Assembly: GCA_963849245.1 (NCBI GenBank)
Contig: CAWKIY010000061.1
Coordinates: 1 to 14,984, forward strand
Source: a candidate division FCPU426 bacterium
Lineage (GTDB): Bacteria > Oederibacteriota > Muellerivitia > Muellerivitales > Muellerivitaceae
Length of the DNA: 14,984 bases
Direction: 5' to 3'
A program made the position numbers and the translations under genes. The notes beneath the pieces are model-generated. The model was not told the DNA's origin. It ran no database searches and worked only from the letters and a program-made list of their open reading frames with translations. This document shows, piece by piece, positions 7,514 through 13,864 of the stretch. How positions within the stretch are numbered: the first letter of the stretch is position 1; each line of letters opens with the position of its first letter.

Positions 7514-8313
7514 GACGGCTTCTTCGGGGCGTTCATGAGGAAATTCTGGGCCACATCGCCTTTGAAATTCTCGGGTCCCATGTGGTTCAAGCGGCTTTGG
7601 AAATCCGCCCAGATTTCCCCGCCCATGTCGGTCCAGCGTTTACAGAAACTATAATCCTCGGAAAGATAATCGCCTTTTTCGTCGATCAGGCAGTTGAAAA
7701 GGGCGAAATGGTCTTTCTCGCCCTGGGGACCGAGCACCTTGTATTTCAACTCGGGGTACTTTTGCGCCATGGCCTCCAAGACCTTCCGCTGGATCATTAA
7801 AAAACCGGTCCCGGCTTGGGCGACCCGGCCGAACCCATTGACCATTTGGTATTGTTCTTTTAATTCAATGACGTAGGAAAGCCCCGCCGATTCCAAGTTT
7901 TCGTAGCCCGCCAACATTTTCTTTTTCAGCATGTCCCAGTTGTAGCGCTTGAGGGGATAAATTCCCGCGCAAACTTCCTTATTGAACTGAAGGAACCGCA
8001 GAACCTGTTCGGGCTCATAGCTGATATCGGCGTCGATGAACAACAAGTGTGTCGCGGTAGGGTCCTCTAAAAAATAAGAAACGATATTTTGACGGGTCCG
8101 GGTGACCAAAGCGTCGCCCCAGGGCATGGCGAAGGACAAGCGGATTCCGTTTTTCGCGCAAAAGTTTCGGAGCCGTAAAGCGGCGAGGAAGTTGGCGACG
8201 GTGATCTGGCCCCCGTAACAGGGGGTGCCAATGACGAGGTGAACAGGGGTGTTGGACAAAGTGGAAACCTTTGGTTCGGGTTTATCCGGATATTCTGAAA
8301 AGGACAGGCGCAT
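7510..8313 (-). CDS. Putative GT-A-fold glycosyltransferase (paralog B; overlaps paralog A by ATGA)
   Basis: A 267-aa ORF homologous to 6746-7513 along its whole length. Shared motifs are GTPCYGGQ, THLLFIDADISYEPEQVLRFL, AGTGFLMIQRKVL, YPELKY, EDYSFCKRW and GGEIW. There is a 4-bp overlap between its stop and the start of paralog A. Confidence 0.55.
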   Translation of the reverse strand: MRLSFSEYPDKPEPKVSTLSNTPVHLVIGTPCYGGQITVANFLAALRLRNFCAKNGIRLSFAMPWGDALVTRTRQNIVSYFLEDPTATHLLFIDADISYEPEQVLRFLQFNKEVCAGIYPLKRYNWDMLKKKMLAGYENLESAGLSYVIELKEQYQMVNGFGRVAQAGTGFLMIQRKVLEAMAQKYPELKYKVLGPQGEKDHFALFNCLIDEKGDYLSEDYSFCKRWTDMGGEIWADFQSRLNHMGPENFKGDVAQNFLMNAPKKPS

Positions 8314-8530
8314 TATATTTCACTTTTTGTCTTTTCACCAAGAAAGGGATTTGGAGACTTAATTTCCACTTCGTACTTAAAAGTTATGTTTGTAGGAAGT
8401 TAATCCTACCTCTTGCGCTAAAGCGCGATGCGGTTCTCGTTATGAAAATAAATAGCGGAACAGTATGGAAAAGAGGAATTTGCCATTAGGCGCAACCCTA
8501 AATACCCCTAAATCCTATGTTCAAATGGGC

Positions 8531-8559
8531 TTGACAGGTTGATATCAAATAGATATCAT
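8531..8559 (+). promoter_or_regulatory. Sigma70-like promoter for the SPFH operon (-35 TTGACA 8531-8536; 17-bp spacer; -10 TATCAT 8554-8559) embedded in operator-like repeats
   Basis: Consensus -35 and near-consensus -10 with ideal spacing lie about 30 bp upstream of RBS AGGGAGG (8577-8583) and ATG 8588. Three 11-bp-phased GATAT(C/T) repeats overlap the spacer and -10. An outer inverted pair CTTGACA (8530-8536) / TGTCAAG (8572-8578) encloses the region. Confidence 0.45.
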
Positions 8560-8587
8560 TTAGATATTAATTGTCAAGGGAGGAATT

Positions 8588-9484
8588 ATGTCGATATCCA
8601 ATGTTTCCGTGGGTGGGAAAAAAGGCGGGATTCAAGAGAAGGTTGTCGGGGCTATGAACGGGATTACCATGATTCTCATTTGGCTGGTCGCCGCGATTAT
8701 CATCGCAGGTGTGCTTTCCACCGGGACGGGGTTCGGGGGGGCGTTGGCGGTTTTGGCTTTGATTGGTTTTGTCCTCTCATTGAAGGGTTTTTTTACCGTA
8801 AACCCGAATGAGGCCAAAGTGCTTCAGCTTTTCGGCACCTATGTGGGAACGGTTAAGACAACCGGTTTATGGTGGACCAACCCTTTTTACGCTTTTCGGA
8901 GCGTTTCCTTAAGAACCCGCAACTTTGAGACGGAAAAGCTGAAGGTGAACGACAGCACGGGGAATCCCATTGAGATCGCCACGGTGGTCGTCTGGGAAGT
9001 CGGCGACTCGGCGCAGGCGGTTTTCCAAGTGGATGACTATGAGAAATTTATGAAGGTTCAAAGCGAGTCCGCGATCCGCAATCTCGCGTCCCAGCATCCT
9101 TACGACCAGCACGAGGAAGGGGATTTATCCCTGCGGACCCATACCGAGTCCATCGCCCAAAAACTGAAAGAGGAGATTGAGGAGCGGGTGGCCGGCGCGG
9201 GAATTGAAATCCTCGAGGCGCGGATCAGCCATTTGGCTTACGCCCCGGAAATCGCCAGCGTGATGCTCCGCCAACAGCAAGCCACGGCCATTATCGCCGC
9301 CCGGCAGAAAATCGTCGAGGGCGCGGTGGGCATGGTGGAAATGGCGCTCAACCAAATCGAGAAAAAAGGACTGGCGGAACTGGACCCGGAGCGCAAGGCG
9401 GCCATGATCAGCAACTTGATGGTCGTTCTTTGCGGGGACAGCGACGCCAAACCGGTCGTCAACGTGGGAAGCCTCTACAATTAA
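8588..9484 (+). CDS. SPFH / band-7 family membrane protein (stomatin/prohibitin/flotillin/HflKC superfamily)
   Basis: A 298-aa ORF with a strong RBS. It has an N-terminal hydrophobic region of two predicted TM helices. The SPFH core has these motifs: FFTVNPNEAKVLQLFGTYVGTVKTTGLWWTNPFY, KLKVNDSTGNPIEIATVVVWEV, FQVDDYEKF. The C-terminus is helical. Confidence 0.88.
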   Translation: MSISNVSVGGKKGGIQEKVVGAMNGITMILIWLVAAIIIAGVLSTGTGFGGALAVLALIGFVLSLKGFFTVNPNEAKVLQLFGTYVGTVKTTGLWWTNPFYAFRSVSLRTRNFETEKLKVNDSTGNPIEIATVVVWEVGDSAQAVFQVDDYEKFMKVQSESAIRNLASQHPYDQHEEGDLSLRTHTESIAQKLKEEIEERVAGAGIEILEARISHLAYAPEIASVMLRQQQATAIIAARQKIVEGAVGMVEMALNQIEKKGLAELDPERKAAMISNLMVVLCGDSDAKPVVNVGSLYN

Positions 9485-9485
9485 G

Positions 9486-9674
9486 ATGGCCGCCGACCCG
9501 AGAAAAACCTTTCTGGTTCGTCTGGACCCCCAGACGGTCGAGGCATTGCGGCGCTGGGCGGAGGACGAGTTCCGCAGTTTAAACGGCCAAATCGAGTTCG
9601 CCCTCCGCGAGGCCCTGCGCAAACAAGGCCGGTTGCCCAAACCGAAAGAGGCTCCTAAACCAGGGGACGATTAG
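9486..9674 (+). CDS. Arc-family ribbon-helix-helix DNA-binding protein
   Basis: A 62-aa ORF starting 1 bp after the SPFH stop, so translational coupling is likely. TFLVRLDPQTVEALRRWAEDEFRSLNGQIEFALREAL matches the P22 Arc pattern F-x-L-R-x-P-x-E...A-E-E-x-G-R-S-x-N-x-E-I closely. Confidence 0.75.
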   Translation: MAADPRKTFLVRLDPQTVEALRRWAEDEFRSLNGQIEFALREALRKQGRLPKPKEAPKPGDD

Positions 9675-9915
9675 TCAGCAGCTTGTTGATCCTCTGGCCG
9701 CTAGTGTTTGTTGGTTCTTCCTTTTAAACTCAAAAATAAGTTCATTCACATGAATCCACTTCTAATCCCGTTGATTTATTTATGTTGGTCAAAATCGTCC
9801 AAATTATAAGCGGGCGAAAGATTCGGAATATTTACCATCTCTTTACTTTAATCCCGGGTAAATGGGAAAATAGTCTTGGGTATCGGGTTCTATTTAATTA
9901 TTTAAGGGAGGTTTT

Positions 9916-11991
9916 ATGGATATGGGGATGCTTTTATTGGGTTTTGGCGTTTTTATTCTTCTGATTGTTTATTTCAACTCGGTCGTGCTGGTGGGTGGAA
10001 CTCAAATCGCGGTTTTGGAAAGACGCTATTTCGGTAAGCATATGCCGGAAGGCCGGGTTGTGGCCATGGCCGACGAAGTGGGTATGCAGGCCCGTTTGCT
10101 GGGACCGGGACTTCACATGTTAACTCCTTTTATATATCGAGTTATGAAAAGCCCAATGATCACCATTGGCGAAACCGAAATCGGTTTGGTCGAATCCATT
10201 GACGGCAAGCCGGTTGCCCCGGGACAAATCTTCGCCAGGGAAGTGCCGGAGCATAACCTATTTCAGGATGGAGAAGCCTTTTTGCGTAATGGCGGACAAA
10301 AAGGTTCGCAGGTTCAGATTTTGCCTCCGGGGCTTTACCGCATTAATCCCTATCTTTTTCGCGTTGAAAAAGAACCCGCGGTGAGCGTGGCCAATAATAT
10401 GGTAGGCGTGGTGGTCGCGACGGACGGCGAACCCATCAGCCCGGGCCGGCTGTTGGGTAAAAAAGCGGACGGCCACAACAACTATCAAAATGGCCAAGCC
10501 TTTTTACAAAATGGCGGTCAAAAGGGACCCCAAATTGACCCGCTTCTTCCGGGAACTTACCGCATCAACACCAAACTGTTTCAAGTGACGATTCAGGACG
10601 CCACCGTGGTTCCAACCAAGAAAGTGGGATTGGTCACGGCGCGAGACGGCGAGCCTTTGCCATCCACCGAATATGTGGCGCGGACCACTCAAGGCCATCG
10701 GGACTTTCAGGACGCGGCGGCTTTTTTGCAAAACAGCGGCCAAAGAGGACCCCAACTCGATTTTCTGCGTCCCGGCACTTATTACGTGAATCCTTATATG
10801 TTTGGTATGACGCTGGATGACGTATTGATGGTTCAGCGTGGCGAAGTGGCGGTGATTGTTTCCAACATCGGGAAAGACCCGGTTTTGGCCGCGGCAGACC
10901 CTCAGGTGACTTCCATGGACGGCCAATTAAAAGACGGTATGGAGCATTATGTGGTGGACGCGGGTTTCCGCGGTATTCAAAAGGAAGTTTTGGGTCCTGG
11001 AACTTATTACCTCAATAAGCTGGCCTTTACCTCCTACATTATTCCCACGACAAACATCACTATCGACTGGGCTTCGGAAATCAACAGCGCCCAGACTCCC
11101 CGGGTTTTCAACCCGCTTTCCATTGTTTCCAAAGACGGGTTCGAGATGACGGTGGAAGTCAAGGTGATCCTGAGGGTCCAGCCGGAACAAGCGCCCCACA
11201 TGGTGGCCCGGATCGGAACCATCGAGAACTTGATCGAGCATGTGATCCATCCCCTGGTGGACAGTTCTTTCCGCAACCAAGCTTCTTCCTCAGAGGCCAT
11301 GAAATTCATGCAAGACCGGCATGAGGAACAAAGTAAGGCGGAAGACCATATCATCGATGAGCTCAAGAAATACCATGTGGAGTGCGTGAGCGTGCTCATC
11401 TGCCAGATTAAACTGCCCGAGAGATTGATGGAGACTATGACCAATAAGGTTGTGGCGAACCAGCAGATGTCCATGTATGACGCCCAGCAGGAAACCGAGG
11501 GACGCCGGCGCGAAATGGAAAAGACCAAGGCTCAAGCGGATTTACAGCCCAGTCTGGTGAAGGCGGAAATTGACGTACAGATCGCCACCCAGCAGAAGCA
11601 ACAGGCGGTCATTTTGGCCGAGGGAAAAGGCCAGTCGACGAAGCTGGAACAGGAGGGTATCGCGGCGGGCGTAGAGGCGGTGGGTAAGGCGGAAGGCGAA
11701 AAAATCCGGGCTATCGGCCAGGCGACGGCGGAAGCTTATTCCAAACAGGCCCAAGCTTTGGGCCAGCAGCCTCTTTCCATTATTGAAATTATGAAACAGG
11801 TATCGGAGGGCAACGTCAAGATTACTCCGGATATCGTGGTTTCGGGGAATGGGGAGGGAGGCTCCAGCAACGTGCTCGCGGCATTTATCGCCAGCATGAT
11901 GGCGGGCGGAGTGAAGTTGGCTCCGGCCTTGGCTCCGCCGCCGCCAAGCGCGCCGGCCGTCCCCAGCGCCCCGGCTTCCGATAAAAAGTAA
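9916..11991 (+). CDS. Flotillin-like SPFH protein (691 aa) with an expanded N-terminal array of ~74-aa tandem repeats
   Basis: RBS AGGGAGG lies 4 nt upstream of the ATG. The protein has an N-terminal TM helix. An SPFH entry motif GPGLHMLTPFIYRV is followed by repeats carrying PPGLYRINPYLF, LPGTYRINTKLF, RPGTYYVNPYMF and GPGTYYLNKLAF. Next comes an SPFH core (FEMTVEVKVILRV), then a flotillin-type E/A/Q-rich coiled region, and finally a Gly-rich/Pro-rich C-terminal tail. Confidence 0.88.
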   Translation: MDMGMLLLGFGVFILLIVYFNSVVLVGGTQIAVLERRYFGKHMPEGRVVAMADEVGMQARLLGPGLHMLTPFIYRVMKSPMITIGETEIGLVESIDGKPVAPGQIFAREVPEHNLFQDGEAFLRNGGQKGSQVQILPPGLYRINPYLFRVEKEPAVSVANNMVGVVVATDGEPISPGRLLGKKADGHNNYQNGQAFLQNGGQKGPQIDPLLPGTYRINTKLFQVTIQDATVVPTKKVGLVTARDGEPLPSTEYVARTTQGHRDFQDAAAFLQNSGQRGPQLDFLRPGTYYVNPYMFGMTLDDVLMVQRGEVAVIVSNIGKDPVLAAADPQVTSMDGQLKDGMEHYVVDAGFRGIQKEVLGPGTYYLNKLAFTSYIIPTTNITIDWASEINSAQTPRVFNPLSIVSKDGFEMTVEVKVILRVQPEQAPHMVARIGTIENLIEHVIHPLVDSSFRNQASSSEAMKFMQDRHEEQSKAEDHIIDELKKYHVECVSVLICQIKLPERLMETMTNKVVANQQMSMYDAQQETEGRRREMEKTKAQADLQPSLVKAEIDVQIATQQKQQAVILAEGKGQSTKLEQEGIAAGVEAVGKAEGEKIRAIGQATAEAYSKQAQALGQQPLSIIEIMKQVSEGNVKITPDIVVSGNGEGGSSNVLAAFIASMMAGGVKLAPALAPPPPSAPAVPSAPASDKK

Positions 11992-12006
11992 TAAAGGCGC
12001 GTTTCG

Positions 12007-12501
12007 ATGAGAAAACTTACCTCGAGTGAATTAACCCAATCGGGATTCGGAACGGCTTCTGAATTTATTTCGCACGGGACGGGAGAGGATCTGACAAAAG
12101 AGATCCAAAAAGACTTCCGGAAGCATGGATCGGTTGAGAAGTTCTTTTACTTTTGGGAAGGAATGTTTTCCAAACTTGGGTGGCAATTGACCCGGGACGA
12201 GCTGCTGGCGATTGGCATGGGCGACTCCTTGCTTGAGGGCCAGACCGACGGCGATCTGGTAAAAAACTCGAAAACTTCCTTCTTGCGGATCTTGACCCGG
12301 AGGGAAAGCAACAACGATATCGATCTGGAGCCGGGCTGCGCGATTGGTTCGCAGCAAGTTGGCAAACAGGTTCATTATGTGATTAAGGGGACAGATGGAA
12401 ACATCCTGGGCTGGCTCCCGTTTGGATCCGTGAAAAGCATTAAGTTAGTTACCGGCGTTGCCGGAGTTTCGGAGCCGCATGATGGTTCGGAAAGTTTTTA
12501 A
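12007..12501 (+). CDS. Hypothetical protein (164 aa) sharing a C-terminal ~40-aa motif with the next ORF
   Basis: The ATG lies 15 bp after the flotillin-like stop, with a weak AAAGG 9 nt upstream. The C-terminus is CAIGSQQVGKQVHYVIKGTDGNILGWLPFGSVKSIKLV. There are no TM segments. Confidence 0.55.
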   Translation: MRKLTSSELTQSGFGTASEFISHGTGEDLTKEIQKDFRKHGSVEKFFYFWEGMFSKLGWQLTRDELLAIGMGDSLLEGQTDGDLVKNSKTSFLRILTRRESNNDIDLEPGCAIGSQQVGKQVHYVIKGTDGNILGWLPFGSVKSIKLVTGVAGVSEPHDGSESF

Positions 12502-12542
12502 ACTGGAATTTATAGTATCGTTAATTATTCAAGGAGGGTTCT

Positions 12543-12788
12543 ATGAGTTTATTTGATTCTGAAAATCCTGTTGAGAAAAAACCGAAGAAAATAAAACCTT
12601 TTTACCGGGTTTATACCATGACAGAAGATGAAGCGGTTGACCATGAACCCGATTGTCTCGTCGAGGCGGTCGCGGTGGGGAATGAGGCTCATTACGTGGT
12701 CAAAAAAGCGGATGGCACGATCGACGGAATGTATCCTTTCTCAAACGTTGAGTATGTCATTCGAGTTACTGAGGAAGAGGAAGAATAG
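12543..12788 (+). CDS. Hypothetical protein (81 aa) with an acidic tail, paralogous in its core to the C-terminus of 12007-12501
   Basis: Strong RBS AAGGAGGG (12531-12538) 4 nt upstream of the ATG. The core CLVEAVAVGNEAHYVVKKADGTIDGMYPFSNVEYVIRV aligns with the upstream ORF's C-terminus. It ends in EEEEE. Confidence 0.6.
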   Translation: MSLFDSENPVEKKPKKIKPFYRVYTMTEDEAVDHEPDCLVEAVAVGNEAHYVVKKADGTIDGMYPFSNVEYVIRVTEEEEE

Positions 12789-12845
12789 GGAAAGCAAAAC
12801 AAGAAGAGGGTTCGGTGGCATTTTACGAAAATTGTGATTAACCCG

Positions 12846-12882
12846 GGGGCGGCTTTCGTTTTGAAAGCCGCCCCATTTTTTT
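12846..12882 (+). terminator. Rho-independent terminator closing the five-gene plus-strand operon
   Basis: GGGGCGGCTTTC-GTTTT-GAAAGCCGCCCC is a 12-bp GC-rich perfect stem. It is followed by ATTTTTTTATC, a 7-T run, and lies 58 bp after the last stop codon. Confidence 0.85.
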
Positions 12883-12942
12883 ATCTTTTAGTGTTATTGG
12901 AAAAAGTGAGCGTCAGAAGATTTTTGACGTCGTCTTTGGAGT

Positions 12943-13860
12943 TTATGCTGTTTTCGAGGAATGTTTTAACACATCCTCCAACAACCGCCGGCTGAAAGCG
13001 GGGTCCTGGAAGGGGAGAACGGAAGCGTTGGGGGTGAAGGTGAACTCGCTGAAATAAACGCCGTCCGGCAGGTCGTAAAGATCTACCCTGACGAAATCAA
13101 AAGGCTTGGAAAGCTGTGAGGCGATCTTCAGCATATCCTCCCAATGGGCGGGTTTTTCGGGTAAGGGTTCGGGCAGGGGATAATCATCGGGGATCGGGAT
13201 GTGACGATGGTCCGGCACGGTGAAGAGGGCCTGGCGGTGGTCAGTGAAGCGCCCTTGGTCGTATTGGCAGAAAAGAACGCGGCCCCGGGTTGAATAGAAC
13301 CGGAAATCCGGCGGCGGCTCGGCGCTTAAAGACTCCTCCACCAAAATTTTCAGCGGCAAGTGGAGGTATTGGGCCTCGAACTGGTTGAAGAAAAAGTTCT
13401 GTTTCGCGAATTGGAAAAGAGTCAGGCTTTGGGCCGCGACCACGGAGGCCGGTTGGTTCAGAAAAAGGATGCCGCCGGAAGTATGGGTGGGTTTGGCGAC
13501 GAAGGGTTTTCCCAGGAACGGGAAGATGAATTTTCCAACATCCTGCAGGGTGGTTTGGGATTGAACGGGGTAGACGGCAGCGGTGCGGGCGGCTTTGAGG
13601 CCGGGAGCCAGGGTGAGGGCGATAAGCTTCGCGTGTTCTTTGTCCACGCAGGTCTCGTGAAAAGGCGTCCAGGGCCGGATCATGTGATGGAAAATATAAT
13701 CCTCAAAAACGGCCCGGGGTGAGGAAGGGTTCCACGGGAAGCGCCGGTGGTGTTTTCGGAAAAAAGGAAGGGCGAAAACCCAATTGACGGCTACGCTGGC
13801 CGGAAGCGCCCGCCACAAAAACCTTTTGGCGTACTTGTTCAAAACCACCGCCTTTTCCAA
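12943..13860 (-). CDS. ATP-grasp fold amidoligase, TupA-like (teichuronopeptide-biosynthesis-type) protein
   Basis: A 305-aa ORF. FVAKPTHTSGGILFLNQ corresponds to the FVLK-x-NHGSG ATP-grasp motif. FDFVRVDLYDLPDGVYFSEFTFTPNAS corresponds to the TupA-like VRVDLY..GKIYFGELTF-P motif. It starts 4 bp after the serC stop. Confidence 0.7.
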   Translation of the reverse strand: MEKAVVLNKYAKRFLWRALPASVAVNWVFALPFFRKHHRRFPWNPSSPRAVFEDYIFHHMIRPWTPFHETCVDKEHAKLIALTLAPGLKAARTAAVYPVQSQTTLQDVGKFIFPFLGKPFVAKPTHTSGGILFLNQPASVVAAQSLTLFQFAKQNFFFNQFEAQYLHLPLKILVEESLSAEPPPDFRFYSTRGRVLFCQYDQGRFTDHRQALFTVPDHRHIPIPDDYPLPEPLPEKPAHWEDMLKIASQLSKPFDFVRVDLYDLPDGVYFSEFTFTPNASVLPFQDPAFSRRLLEDVLKHSSKTA

Positions 13861-13864
13861 AAGA

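Noticed and set aside
8314-8420. Promoter for the minus-strand GT-A pair in the divergent region
   Set aside because: Scanning the reverse complement found no convincing -35/-10 pair. Only an AATATA immediately abutting the ATG was found, so no feature is called.
9782-9964. 60-aa plus-strand ORF overlapping the flotillin-like start
   Set aside because: It is out of frame with the flotillin-like gene and overlaps its start. It is AT-rich spacer translated by chance, with no RBS.
12846-12882. Whether the strong hairpin also terminates the minus-strand ATP-grasp transcript
   Set aside because: On the minus strand the stem is followed by CGGGTTAATC, with no U-run. The terminator is therefore unidirectional for the plus-strand operon.
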